DNA from: Schizochytrium sp. TIO01
Lineage: Eukaryota; Protista; Bigyra: Labyrinthulomycetes
Direction of reading: 5' to 3'
DNA: 64,000 nt
Assembly: GCA_004764695.1 (NCBI GenBank)
Contig: SMSO01000007.1
Coordinates: 930,001-994,000, forward strand
The number at the start of each line of letters is the position of its first letter. Positions within the stretch are counted from its first letter, which is position 1. Under the pieces are notes generated by a model. That model did no database searches. It saw only the letters and a program-made list of their open reading frames with translations, and was not told the origin of the DNA. A program made the position numbers and the translations under genes. Of the stretch, positions 21,868 to 36,170 are shown one piece after another.

Positions 21868-24800
21868 TTTCATATAGCGAGTCACATCCTGAAGGTTGGC
21901 AGCTCCTGCGTCGAATTGGTTCAAATCTTTGCGGAGTTAAAGCACCTGCTCATTTTTTGCCAAACATATTCTGCACGTGCTGCTAATCCGCAAGTGTTCC
22001 CGGTTCATTCGTTCTTTTGAACCCTTTGCGCACACGTTCGCCAGATTACTGCAACTACCTACCTTGGAGTGTCCTTGCTTAAATGGACTGACACAGAGGC
22101 CAGTCTTGATAATCTCCCCTGCATTGACTGCATGTTGCCAATGCTGCTTGCTGCCTTGTGCTAGGGTTATCACTTCGATGGCGAGGGTAAAGTGACGGAT
22201 TGAAATAAAATTTCTTTTACTCGCCCCGGATGGGGGTTGTACCACACCTCTTCGAGGTGAACAGCAGCACTGCAGCCACGAGATCAAGGCTTCGGCGAGC
22301 TGGGGCAAGAGTTATCTATCAGATCCTGGTCGGCTATCGGCCGCAGGCCTGCAACAGCTCATCAGCAGCTCCAGAGACTCAGGAGTAGCCTCGTTTTAGC
22401 TTCCCTGCCAAAACTTACACAGAAGCGCGCGTGCATATAGCCAGCATTTGTTGAAATGAGACTGTGACACTATTTTTGCAATAACAAGCTATGTTGAACT
22501 TATGCTCAAGACTGGTCATGTTCTGGCTGCAAATACTGCCAACGACACCTAAATGACAGCGACGCCAAAATTGGCTACTTTACAACATGTGCAAGAAAAA
22601 TGTAGTACACACGCTGCTAGTAACTGCTGGAAGACAAAATTGAAAGCACAACACTACTTGCGTCGGCGACTGTAGTCCAAAAGAAAACTAAGGTGACCCC
22701 ATCTTGAAGAGGCAATCCCTGACTTCTTGGCGAACATCTTTCGAGAGGTAAATAATACCATGAAAATTCAGGGTTCGGCTCTGGAGGGTTGTCACACGTG
22801 TGTAGCAAGATCTCAGAAGCTCAACCTTAAACCATCATCCTGGTCAGCATTTCTTTGATCTGACCCAGATCGACCATTGTTTTGCTAAATTGGGCCTCGA
22901 GCCAGCATTGGTGTGCAAATGATCACCTCCAGCTAATTTCCCGTTTTTCTAAAAGCAAAAAACCACCCTGGGCTACTGCTCCCTTTTCTTGAAATCTTCT
23001 TGCTACCAATTTTATAATAGTTTTCTTATTAAGTTAACAGTACCTACCTAGTACAGGCGGTGGAGTCGCAAAAGCTCGAACTGGATTTGCTCAGACACGA
23101 TGTTCCTTCTTCGTTGCACGTACAAACTGTCACCCCCATGAATTGCAGTATGACAACAGTGCAGACAAGAAACAAAAGGCTCCAACTTGAAATTAAAGAG
23201 AACGCCTCATTTTTTTAAACAAAAGTTTTAATTCCAATTCTCAAAGTATTAAGTATATTGTGATACTAGGTAGCTCTCAATCCGGATGAGCTCTATGCAT
23301 TAGAGTCTTGACAGATTTCACCTCACACTATGATTCTCAACAGTTTGTTTGTTAAGTAGCAAACTATACATGAAGTCTTGCGCACTCCGAACGAAATCCT
23401 TGATCCTAGTTTAAGGAGACCCAGCGCAGTCTTCTCTCTCCATCCCTATACAAGCTGGTGAGAGTTATCGACACTCATGTGTACGCGAGCAGAATTGCAA
23501 CTATATCACGTGGTCTGTGAATGATAAAACCTCCCATTCATTGTGTTGAAGACATTAGGAGGGAGTCCCCCACGATGGCACGGCTCAGAACCAGGTGAAT
23601 AAATTTAAAAGCGTGGGAATGGACTTCATTCTTACACCAAGTTACGTGTCACGAGTAGCAGTCACCCGTCAACTCACTGCAGCCTCCACAATTGATTTAA
23701 AGTTATGGTGAATAAATAAAACAAAAAGTGTTTTATATAAATGGGAAGCTAGCAGCTTTGTTTTCGTAGTATTGCTGTTAATTGAGGGTACGAATGAAAT
23801 GTCGATGGAATACTGTCGTTCTGTCGGGCACCTTCACTCGAATGAATGCTGGTAAGTAGTTGGACTAGAGTAATGCAACTTGAGATAACCTGGATTATAG
23901 GCGGCTTCCGCATTTTGAGGATACAGAATGATCTCCCAAACGCCGTGGTGTCTGGTGTTCACATATCTTGCGACTTGGAAAATTTCTCAACAACGGGTCA
24001 AGTAAGTGCCGAGCAGATTTCTTTTAAGTTTCATAAGGCTTTGGGAACAAACTCTATTTCTAGGTGTTTCCAGAGCTGGTAAATTGAGCAATCGAGCCCA
24101 CGGCAGTACCTACACCTAAGTATTGTTATTACTAAGATATTAGGAATACCACAAGTCAGAAACTCTAGCTAGGAGCAATATAGCTCAGGTACCTAGTAGT
24201 AGATCTGCAGCTTTATCAAAATGAAGACCGTGCGAATTCTTCAGGCATTGCATCAAGATCGATACAATGGTGCAATTTTCAAAAATGTTCATCTTCGTCA
24301 AGAAATCCACATTTATCACAATTTCGAGATGGGCCTTTTGACAAGATCATGACCAAATTTCAACTTAACTCTTCACGTTGAAGGTACATTGATGCATAGG
24401 AGTATCCTCAGTGAATCGCAAACTGATCAAAGCAGATGTTGGTGAATCAGAAGCTAAAATTAGAAAGTTCATTCTCAGAATTTAACTTTAAAAATCAAAA
24501 TTTCATCAAAATGAGGGTGCAGATTTGCTAAATTGGATTAAAATGTGAAAAGACCACCTGATTTGTGCTATTCTATTGCTCATACCTGAAAATGTGCTTG
24601 TGTTAATAAAATAATGGTGATATTTTTCAATTCCCGAAGTAACATAGTGTTTTTTGCATGTTTTACTTTTAGCTTTGGTATTGCTGAAGGCCACCTCTAC
24701 AACAACGAAGCAATCGAGCGGGGTAACTTTTTTCTTGAAGCGTTTTTTGTTTCAAGTTAAAAAAGAATATAGAATAAAAACAAAAAGAAGAATGCAGAAA

Positions 24801-26341
24801 CTCTGCAACGGTCATAAATATAATGTGGGAGAAAAGAGAAATCCCAAGATCGCCAAGAAAATCCAGTTGCGGAACCACGCGCAATATAGAACGCTCTAAA
24901 ATGTCTTCGTTTTGCTAATTGTAGACTTTCTTTTCCTTGGCATGTTGATTCGATATCAAGTCCAGAAAACCAGAATCCAATTGGTGGCGACCAATCTTGA
25001 AATAAGGTTCAAAGTCATGTAAGAATCCTCAGTAGCATATTAGCACGTGCAAGCAGCGAGCACGTGAAGGGAGGTTAGCATCTTGTCTAGTAGTGTAGCT
25101 CTAGTGATTTCTTGAAAGTTTTATTATATATTTAAGGAGGCCTCAATAGTGTCGAGCGCGCACCGTTTCTTTGTCAATTTGTCTGCGAGTGGGCGCAGGT
25201 CTCATTGTAGATTCTGGTTGGCGTCAAGTGAGCAAGTAAGTTTAGCTTTATGCATCTAGAACTCAAGTAACTTCATGCAAGCAACGGCCAGCATTGTGGC
25301 GGGATTCAGGCAGAAGGTACGGACTCCGAACAAACAGACAGCCGGTGATGCAGCTGGACTTTCTGTTCGTAGCGCGGCAGTGCACTCCCTCTGTCCCATT
25401 ATGAGTATGCTACTACTGTATTATCATAAAACTCCTAACCAGTTGTAGTTACTTCTTCTCTAAGCACAGATTTGCTCGTAATTACAACTCTTGCTGTCAT
25501 CATCAAGAGTGCTCAACACTATCCTCAAAGTGAAAAGCGCTCAAGGCTGGCTGCAGAAGCTCAATGAGTTTATTTGTTCGCGCGCCTCGACGGCTCCCTT
25601 GCCTTTGCCAGGTTAAGAGAGGGAGAAAAGGCAGTCAATATCAGCACCTTTTGCAACCTGCCCCCACGATCGTGCACTCTTACCTGAGTATCATTATTCA
25701 GATTTTTAATTTTACATTTTTAATATCAACAAATCACTTCAAGTTAAACAAACAAACAAACAAACAAAATAAACAAATAAACAAATAATTAAATAATTAA
25801 ATACATCAGCGGTTTATTCCTTCAAACCTTCATACATTGCTCATCGACAATGTCCCCATCATCCACTAGACAAGGATGTTAAGTCCCTCAGGGCCTTTAA
25901 ATCTGTCTTCAAAGCAACCTACATACTTTCATTCCTATTTTATATTTTTCAAGCTTGAGATTTGATTAAAAAAATTCTATATACAAACTGCGTTATACGG
26001 AAAAAGCAATACCTGACGCACGTCAATTCCGCGAGAGGGATGGGTGGCTCCACTTAGCTGACTCGGCGTACAACCCTCTTGGCTGAACAAGCATGATACG
26101 AATAAGTAAGTAAGCAGGCAAAATATAAAATGGATGAGTCCTCATCATTCTGTCCCATTCTTTCAATCCCGCAGAAGCCCGCTATTCAAACCGCAGGATA
26201 TCCTTGATTCCACCTCTCTTTCATACACTAATCCATCCGAAAACCTAAAAAGACTCTCTAGCTTTCTAAGATGGTTTTAGTCTATCCTTATTAGTTACAA
26301 TTGTTCTATGTAACTCTTTCTTTCAAAATTCATTATTTAGT

Positions 26342-26342
<1 letters not shown>

Positions 26343-26397
<55 letters not shown>
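26343..26397. repeat. (TAA)n microsatellite, about 18 units
   Basis: Perfect TAA run. Confidence 0.97.
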
Positions 26398-26398
<1 letters not shown>

Positions 26399-29300
26399 TG
26401 AATGGAGTGGGACTTTATCACATATTGACACCTAAGTGAATAAGTGCACGAATTAAAAGCCTATAAAGCTGCTAACTACCTTCCTTTAGCTCGCACTAAC
26501 AATTAGCGATAGCATGGTACTACGGTATCCTTAGCACTCGTTAGCAAAGCACCCAGGGTGGGCGCGCGCTCTTTCAATTATGGACCAAACGGACAAACGG
26601 GCACTAGATCTTGGAGATCTTCCTCGATACCTTGGCCGTGCAGCAACCTGGGAGCAAGCAAAGCAGATCTGCTCGTCCATCAAGATACACGTAACGACAT
26701 TGACCGCTTTCGATGACGCCAGACCTTGTGATTGCGGAGTGGCGTAGCAGAATTTGGCCCAGGTTTGCGGCCATTCTCGTACCTACTGCGTGAGCGAGGA
26801 TCACGCGTCACCCCGGGGCCCCTCCGCCACCGCTTCCCACGAAATCAGCGCCTAGTCACATGCTCGCAAGGTACCCTGTCATTTAAGGCACTCATTCCGT
26901 GGCTAATTTATTCATTCTTCGGCGTCGCGCGCGTCCTGGCGCCCCATAAATCGAATAGAAGGCAATGCAATCAAGAAAGCAAGTAAATTAGTTCTTCTCG
27001 CAACTGCATTCGTCCATGACAACTTCGCTCATTCGTTATGGCGCCACAAAAAGGGGTCTATTATACCATAAAAGGGCCTAACTGGAAAAAAGGAAAAAAA
27101 TCGCCCGCGCAAACATCGCACACGTGTTGGCGACCATAATTCGAGGCAAAAGCCGTCGCCGAAGCAGGCTGCCACGAGCAAAAGCGAGCAGGGCGCCGAG
27201 CAGACAGTCCGTTGGTCCTTTATTTCTGCTCGGACCAGGAACCGCCAGCCCGCCGGAACGAGACGATGAGCGCATCAAGGAATCGGGGCGAGCACGCTCC
27301 GGAACCGCTCTCTGCGCAGACCTGCTCTTAGCGCCACTCCTACTGCACCTAGGCGCAGCCCCCCGCTCGTAGGTACCGGTACCGTGTGTGGGACCTACAC
27401 TTTCCTATAGTTAATGGGTAATAAGGACTAGTCCATTCACTTGTTATAAGAAAGAATTAACGAAAGAACTAAAGAAAGAGAAAAAGGTTTAGTGAGTTTT
27501 ATTTGAGAGTTTTTTAATTATAAAAAAGAATTAAGAAGAGTTTTATATTTTTAGTTTACTTTTTTGGTAAAATGTTGAAAGGTTGGCTTTGCCTATAAAT
27601 AGTTTTTAATTTTTTAAAAAATGATAGTGAAATTGAAGGAAGGAAGAAGGAGTGGTGATATACTGTTCGTTTTAATAAGGATAAAATTATATTATTATGT
27701 TTTGGCTGTTATTACGAATGAAAAGCAACAGAGTTTAATTTAAAAGGCTCGGAGCGCCTAGTACCAAGTAACTACCTACTACAGTAAGGAGGGAGCGAAG
27801 TGAAAACTTGGAAAAACTTGGAAACTCTGAAAAGAAACAGAGTCAAGATGAGGTTCGTTCGCCAAATATGCTCGTCACACGCCATGGCAGGTGCCTAAGG
27901 CCGCGTGGCTTGATGCCTGACGCGAAGATCTTGTCACCGGTCCATGCGCTACTTTTGGCAAGACAAATCTCCTTTTTCTTTGGCTTTCGAGGCATTTATG
28001 GCGGCAGTTTTGCACGAGTACTGCTAGTGACGGGCAGATATGGTTTTCCGTAGCCATCTTCAAATTAGATGTTCATTAAGTTTTGTGCTTGAAAGGAAAG
28101 CGAATCCGACAGCCGTGAATATTTAAAGATTTCGCGATACATATGAATAATTGTACGAGTTCTCTTCGAGGCGGAAGTTTAATTTAAAAACAAACGGGGC
28201 TTTCTTGTTGGATTTATTGCCTCTTCTTTGTATTTATGATTCTTTCTGAGAAAAGGTGAAGTTATATTTTATAAATCGGTAGGATAATTGCAAAAATAAA
28301 AGCCAAGTTGCTCCTTTTTCCTTTCTATATAAACGATTCTCGCCGGACAGACAGACAAACAAACAGACAGAGAAGGCATAGTCAGATTGAAAGTTAGAAA
28401 GTAAGAAAGCAAGTAAGCGTCTCGCTTGACAAGGAAGGACCTTTTTATTGAATGAAAAAATTCCATCCGAAAACTTGACGCCAAGAGATTGATTTTTCGT
28501 TGGGCAAGTTGAAGAAGCTCAATGGATTTAAGTCTTCTTTTGGTCACGAGGCGTCAAGAGTAAAGAGGGGGGAAGCGAGGCCGGGACCCTTTGCATCTTG
28601 CGATGGTTGCGACGAAGAACGAAATTGTTTGTTTATTTGTTTGTACAATCTGATTCAGTCTTTTAGAATTATACGCATGGTATATTCAAGGCACAGGAAA
28701 AGAAGAACTTTAATTGAAAGGGAGTGAAAGAGGAAGAGATCTAGAGTAAAATGGGCAATTCTCGAGAAAGTCGACGCCGAGAAACGATAAGAATTCATTG
28801 TGAAATTCTTGGCTGTAGCTTGAGATAGTACTTACTTCTGCCTGTCTATATCTGCCTACGACCTTTACAAGGGAAGATGATAGAACCCTTTAAGCTTTTC
28901 TAAAGGTTATATCATGCAATTATTTCCTGCAATCATTTTATTTCATTCGCCGCCAAGGTGACCAGTTGATTAATTATAAATATGGTTACCACGGATTTTA
29001 TGATAGTTAAATAAGAACTTGAGGTACCGTCTATTTAAGAATAAACAGAGCTTTCATCTCGTCACTTCGCAGGCAACGCTATAGATAAACAGAAGCTGAC
29101 CAGTCCTGAACCGGTGCTCGTCAGCCCCATCTCTATCTCTAGTGCGTTTGTGGAAACTGCTGACCGACTTGGCTTTAGAAAACAGTTCACCACTGCATGA
29201 GAGGGAAACGCTCATCCAAACCAAAGGCCGCACGCATTAATTAAACTCATTGAACGAACAGCATCGCATTCATCTACATATTATCTAAGGCACATTTTAT

Positions 29301-30169
29301 TCATTTATACATTTATATTTTCACCCATCCGCATGCGACAAAGCTCGAGACTTGAGACCTTCTCGTGAGCAATTTGTGAGGAATTCGCTCATCGTGAGGC
29401 ACCGCCTTTCGAGAGGATCACGGATCGATCTTGCGGGTTCCGATGTAGTATGTGACTGAACGGCTCAACAGAAGGTACCTGCTACAACGCAAATGTCGAG
29501 GGCGTGCTTTGCGCAAAGCAAAGGCCACAGAAAGCCACCACACCCGCGGTGTGGCCATATAGAAGCACCGGCCAGAATTACAAAAGTGTTTCTGCGTCTG
29601 AGCTCTTGGAACCCGGCTCGGGAGAAGAACGAACCTCCTGGCGGTGCTGGAAGTGGCGCGAGCAAAACATCACAGATCGTACCCGTGGAGCTAGAACTTA
29701 GGAAGTGGTGATTGAGTTGTGTTCAAGGAGATATGGCTGCTCAGGGTTCCTGTTCGATTGATCCTCAACTTATAAAAAACACTAACTGTTTTATTAATTT
29801 ATAATATTTTGGGATCGATGCAAAGTCGCTGAGCTTTAACTTGAAGTTAGTGATGATAATTCATTTTGTAGATCGAAATCTGCTGCTCAGGGTCGGGTCT
29901 ATTCTTAAAGGAATGTGAAAAAGATCGTCTGGGATGTGCATGAAGCTCGTAGATTCTGAAATGGCGTGAACTAGGCATTCAGAATCTTTAAGAACTGTGT
30001 CGGATGTTGCGAATTGTGTAATCGTCTTGGAGTGATCTGAACAAAAAAGAAACTTTGATAAAATCTATCTAGCATCAATTGCAGTTGATTAAAAAATATC
30101 AAAGTATAAATTAGGGCTGGAAATCGCTTTTGATCATGCAGGCTTTTCATTAGAATGAGAAGAGAATTC

Positions 30170-30475
30170 ATACAGTATATCCGCCTAGGTATCGGTTGCG
30201 AGGAAGAAGGCGAGCTGAGCTCATCAACTGTACTCCTAAGTATGTTTCTCATCGTTCATTTCAAGCCGCCACAAAGCTTGGACATTTCTTCAAGTAATCT
30301 TTTTAATAATCGATTCAGACTCCTGGCCAGGCTCCTAGATATCTAAACCACAATCCTTTATCGCATACCATCCCTGAACCGAGCTGCTTCAAGAAGTCTC
30401 CGCTCCCGTCTCCCGAATTAATCATCTTCGAACTTCGGTCTTCAAGCTCCATACTCCTCACGATGATATCACACC
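30170..30475 (-). mobile_element. Possible decayed non-LTR retrotransposon RT/thumb fragment
   Basis: Minus strand reads DIIVRSMELEDRSSKMI...WFRYLGAW (30347-30327), then after a frameshift and a stop ...IPRRIY (30192-30175). Order and spacing resemble the (F/Y)xYLG and IPRLxY motifs of LINE ORF2. No YADD motif was found. Confidence 0.3.
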
Positions 30476-31411
30476 TGCAACACCTTACTCCAGCTTAGCA
30501 GTTTACCCTATCTCACCTTATGTATAGCACCCAATTTGATACTGTAGTCTAGGTACTCTGGGGCCGAAGACGAGGAGGACTTCCCAGAAGCGCACCGAAG
30601 CTGCTCGCAGGCGGTAGCTGCGGCTGAGGATGAGGAGGTACGAGGCAGTTGGAGCAGATCATCAAGTGAAGGTACACAGCTTTCGTCACGTACTTTATAA
30701 CATGCAGAAGTAGGTAGCCAGGTATTGCATTTTGATTGACATGCTTTATTAAGTTTTATAATTGGGTGCTATCAAGACCGGCACCGCCCCAATTCCGCAT
30801 CCTCCTCTTACAGAGAGCGGCTTTTAGCACGCGGTACTTATGGGCCTCCTGCCTCTTAAAAGAAAGTTTCCACAATTTCCACCTCTCCTTACAACGCGGT
30901 CCTGCGTTTAAACTGGAGGTCCAATAGCAGGTGCCTAGCTGTACCTAAGCACCAACCTACCTACCCGTGAAAACGATAATTCATAATATTGTGACCCAGT
31001 TATTCATTAACTGCTACTACCATTTAGCTTTTCCTTTTTTTTCTTTCCTTTTTATAGAAAGATTAAAACTTATCGAAGCTTTGCACTGGAACTGGAAAAG
31101 CAAGCACCGCTAATAAGCGTAGAAGTCGGTCAAGCGCAGCTTTCTCTGCATCACTCTCTATGACTTTCCTTCGCTTATTTCTTCAAGGTGCCCACTTGCA
31201 TCTCCAACGTCTTCTTCCTGCTTATTCCATTTTACAATTCTCTGGTTCACTCACTTTTTATAAACTAAACTTTATACAAATGCAAAACTGAAACCATAAT
31301 ACTTACTTAATCATAATTTTTTCAATTGAATAATAATAATATTTTCTTTAATTAGAACTAACTATTATTAATATTGTTGCGTTATTGCACAGTGTTGTTA
31401 TGAGTGGATGA

Positions 31412-31800
31412 AATGAATGAATGAATGAATGAATGAATGAATGATCGATGAACTTTAATAGCAGAGGGTCGGCCGCGCCAATGCGACCTCCTCCCGCGCT
31501 TAGAGCCCGTCCTGTTCTCCGACAGCGATAACATTGTGGCCTCTTCTCTCTGTCCTGCTGAGCTTCTACTTCTCAGACGGCATAAAGGTTTAGGCAACGG
31601 TGGTCTTTGTCTTCAATTTAATGCAATGCGATGCAATGCGATGCAATGCAATTAATGCAATGCAATTTTATGAAATCGTAAAGTGGGATATTATGATTAT
31701 ATGCAATCAATGCAATTGGTTCGTGTGATTAATGTAATGCGATTTGATAATGCGAGGAATTGCCATGCAGTGTAGTGGGAGTGATGAATGCAATGCAACG
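31412..31800. repeat. (AATG)n microsatellite and degenerate (ATGCA/ATGCG)n pentamer repeat
   Basis: AATG run at 31412-31444; atgcaatgcgatgcaatgcg... from 31620, decaying toward 31800. Confidence 0.85.
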
Positions 31801-34399
31801 CAGTTGGCCGAGGCAATGGCGGGAGACAAGGACAGAAAGGCAGCGCTGGAGCTGTACTTTGTTCATGAGTATCTCGCTTTTGAATGATCTGCCAACGAGC
31901 CGCGAGCCTCCACGGTCAAGCGGGGTGTAAAATAGGTTATAGGCAGCGCGCTACAGTTGGATATTCAGTATAGCCTATAGTAAACTTTGCAAAGTAGTAG
32001 CGTGTTGTGGGGTATAACTCACTTGCGCGGGCTTTCTGTCTGTCGTCGGTCTGTTTATTTGTCTTGGAAGGATGGCACAGTGTTATGGTTTAAGGTAAAT
32101 CATTGCTAGAGGCCTTTTGTGATTCCAAAATGATTTTTTGGTATGGTTTTCTCACTTCTTTACTTTATGGTAAATATATTTTTATTGTAAAATATTATTT
32201 GAGAGATTAGAAAATGTTATCTGGGTAACTTTGTGATGCAGTTCGGGTTGTTTGTTTGTTTGTTTATTTATTTATTTATTTATGTTTCTTTCAATGGTTT
32301 CAAGATTGAAACGATTCTTCGTTGGGATACTTTCGCGTGGCACTCTCTCTTTGACACGCGAAAGAAGGCGACGAGCGTTGCACATCGAAGAGGCAGTCTG
32401 TGGAAGGGGACAGGACGTTTCCAAGCTCCCTGGAAGCTGCGCGAGACCAGGGCTTGAGCGTTTTTAATTCCATTTTCATAATCTTGGTTACACCTACCTC
32501 TTCATTTTCAATAGGACGAATTCTATATGAATGAGTAGAAGTGTGTTATTTTGTTTATTTGTCTAACTATAATTGTGCAAAATTCACATTGCATTTATTG
32601 TTTATCATCATCATCATGCGAAGATGATGAAGACATTGTTGAATGAATGAGGCGCTCGCTGCTCTAAATCCTCACCCAAGAGATTGAGCTGCGTCGATTG
32701 TTTCAAAATAGGTACAACGGCCATGACATCTCGTTGATCATGCGTTACCTCAGCACTTTAGTAGACCCTTAGATATTCGCATGCGACTTTCGCCATCCTT
32801 GAAATCTTCGCATGCCGAGCTTGGCTCGCCGAGGAAATGCAGCATCTAATTCAAAGAAGTGAGCAATCGCTTTTATACATTTACTCAGCATGAGAATGAA
32901 TTGATTAATTTTAGAAAGCAAAGTGTAGTGTGCTCAGAGACACCTTCTTTTATCATGATTTATCACTTATTAGAGCACAGCACGCACCAAGGACCAAGCG
33001 AACAACACTTGTGCCATCCTTCTCCTCTTCGGACGTCGGGCCGAAAGCTTCTGCAATTAATTGCTGCTTGCAACCAAGCGGCGACGCCTGTGAATGGCAA
33101 AGATCAACTGCATTCGTTCAATCTGAAAAAAACCTACCTTACACATGCAACTTGGAGAATTGATTACCAGTGTAAACCCACGATGAACATGATAGGTAAG
33201 ACCTTGAAGAAAGAGCTGTGCCGCTCTTGGCGTGTGCCAAGGAGGACGTATGGATTCCCCGTGGTTCTTCGCTGCGAAGAACCCGAGCCAGCAGCGTCTG
33301 CGCGGGTTTGGGAGCAGACATAACGAGGTAGGCACATCATAGTAAGAATGTAAAGCTGTGCAAAAGACGTTGCGGACAGCAGTGCTGATGAAGTGACCAG
33401 CAGGAGCAGGAGCAGCGGCGCAAACGAGGCGGTGTGGGCTTGCGTAGGCGCAGAAAACGTATCTCCCGTGGGACCACCGTGAGCCGACCAGAATTGATTG
33501 AATGCCTGTAAACTTCTTCTGTAGCTAGAGCGAAGAAAAGAAAGAAAGTAAAAGGAAAAGGAAGAACCCCAGTGGGGACAGAAGGGGCCTTTACTTTAAG
33601 ATGAGAGAAATAAATGCATGCCAGCTCGCAGTGTCTGCGTCAAAGAAGATTGGCACGGGCAAATGAAGAAGTTGCATCCCCACTACTGCACTGGGGACGT
33701 GTTTTCATTCAAGCATGCGAATTATTTTCATGATGAATGGGACAAGAGTTGATCTTATAATATATATTTTTTGTTATTTGTTTTATTAATTTATCTTTAT
33801 ATTTACTTATTTATTCTGCTCTTCATTAATTAAAAGTTCGCAAGCGGGCAACAGCTGTAAGTAAGAAAATGGGCGCGAGACCATCCACGACTGAAGAACC
33901 AGCTGGCCGTCCGGCTTTACGCTTCCAGCAAATTATAGATCATTCGAACAGTACCCTCCTCCTCCTTTTCATTGGCACTTCGCGTATTTTATGAGGCGGC
34001 TAGGTAAGGAAAAAGAAACTAGCCACACTGGACACCGGCTATAGAGGCTTCTCCTGCTCCGTAAATAACGTCTAATGGCGAACCCAGCTCGAGAGACCTC
34101 ATCCTGACACATGTTTCTTCAAATATCAATAAAAAGATTCAACAATGCCAGTGGTGAAGGCATGCGTCGGTCCCGCAACAGGTAAGTGAACTTGTCCTTG
34201 AGACTTTTTACATCGAAACTTGAGCGTAACATGGAGGAAGCTAAGCTGCCTGATTTTTGTCGCTGCAGGATGAGCCCGGTTCTAATAAATAAAAAATGAC
34301 CAGCATAAGCACGAGCATCTGTCTCTTTTGCTTACAGAATATAGTCTGGTTTCTAACCACAATTGATATTTGGGCTTACAAAGGAATAAAAATTAAGAT

Positions 34400-36170
34400 G
34401 TGCATTACAAGAAACCACTTCCCGGGTGCTAGTGGCATTCCTCTCATGCAACAACATAACTGCGAAACAACCACGAGCTGGGCAGGCCCCACCATTTATT
34501 CGTAAGCAATAGTTTCTGCAATGCTTCTTTTATTTTTTTGCTTTTTGTTATTACTTGCAAGCAATCGAGCGACCCCGCCTTCCCTTTGAAAAATATGCAG
34601 TAACATGGCTAGTACCGCACATACGAAGAATAGACAAATGTTTCGACCCAAGCTTTCCAAGGTTTGAAGAACCCATTTTCGCACACAATTCAGGGCTGCC
34701 AGATTTCTTAATTTGCGTTGCGGAGAATTCTAAATGTCTGTGCTTTCATCCCAAGCATGTTCTCATCAATCTTTGACAAAAACACAAGATTATCACCTTC
34801 TTTGTATCTCCCTTTATAAAGATTAAACGTACTCATCAGCTCCAAAGTCTTCTCTTCTAATGCACCAACCTTATTAATGAGCTAGAATAATCATATGACG
34901 CCAAGCTCCTCGTTGTTTTTAGAAAAGTTTCCAACAATCAATGCAAAGGTTTAGATGAGGGCCCAAGACTCCTTTTCGCACACCGGTTGCAGGAATCTTC
35001 ATCCGTGACCCCGACGTCTGAAGACGCAATCAAGTCACTTTTGTAGAGCAAAACCCTTCTCTCTTTAGTTTGTGCTCTTTGAAGAGGTCCACCAGGTCAA
35101 CTCAAAACTGAGAGTCGATCGTGATGACCTTTTCTTCATGCGCGACATTCTGCTGGGGTGAAATTTACTAAAATTAGTATACTTAAAGGTATAGTGGTGG
35201 CTATAGCAAGCAGGGATGGAACTCGTCTTGCTACCGTAGCCCAGGAGTCTCATCTCGCCCTAATTACAATTGAGCCAAAGAAATCGGAAGTTTGTTAAAC
35301 CCTCCCAACCGCTTCTGTGTTCCTCCTGCAAGCATTCGTGCCATTTCAAGTTCCTTCCTTGATCTTCACAATCACGCTCATACCATAGACGCCGTCTAGC
35401 GAAGATTGGGTTTTTGAGACTAGCAAACCTCTTTCACCTTAGATAATAGGCATGCATATCCATGTTTCTACACGTTGATAAGCAGGTGACATCATGAGCT
35501 TAGAACTATTTTTCAACTCTCTTTGCCTCGACTATGGAGGCATCGTTTTATAACATTGCGATAAATATCGTAGGTGCCTGCCTTCTCAGAAAAGGCATAC
35601 AAGACCAACGAACGGTTTGAGGCAAGAAAACCTACTACGATTTCTTCTACTTCTGGATCATGCCCATACCAATTTCAACAACCCCACCAAGATCTCTGTG
35701 AATCAGGCCAGCCAGCACTTGCTAATATTCGCCTGTTCTTAATCGGCACGTGCAGATTGGCAACGCCACTACATGTTACACTCCTCCTTATTATAACATG
35801 AACTCGCATCGTCCTTTTCCTGCTCAGAAACGAACAGAGCCACCCTCGCCATACGCGTAGCTTTGCCTGGCCAGCTTTCCTTATCTCAAAGTTCTCTATC
35901 TCTACATGGCGCCCGTCAAGAGCCTCGTGAACCCTTCGCATAAGCAGAAGTTCTGGCCACCCAAGCCCCTCGCATCATCGTTATTTCTTTGCAAGGTGGG
36001 CTTCAATCGTAGCGCAAAGTTTTGACGCCTGCACAAAGTTCCGGAACCGTTACGGATCGTTCCTCAGCTTTTGCTCGGAGACCACCTTGCAAAAAACTTG
36101 ATCCTTTGCACACTCCTTCGTCAACTCCGCAAGCCTCAAGTCCTCTTCAAGGCCTCGGTATAGTCCTGAG
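34400..36170 (-). pseudogene. Decayed coding sequence, possibly the 3' part of a LINE ORF2
   Basis: Microsatellite-free stretch. Minus strand gives protein-like runs broken by stops (GLYRGLEEDLRLAELTKECAKDQVFCKVVSEQKLRNDP*RFRNF...AHLAKK*R*CEGLGWPELL), a GLG motif at 35971-35948, and CNRC...H at about 34991-34940. Confidence 0.35.

Noticed and set aside
35680-35715. Kinase-like GLIHRDL on the minus strand
   Set aside because: Not followed by KxxN or DFG and no other kinase subdomains; likely chance
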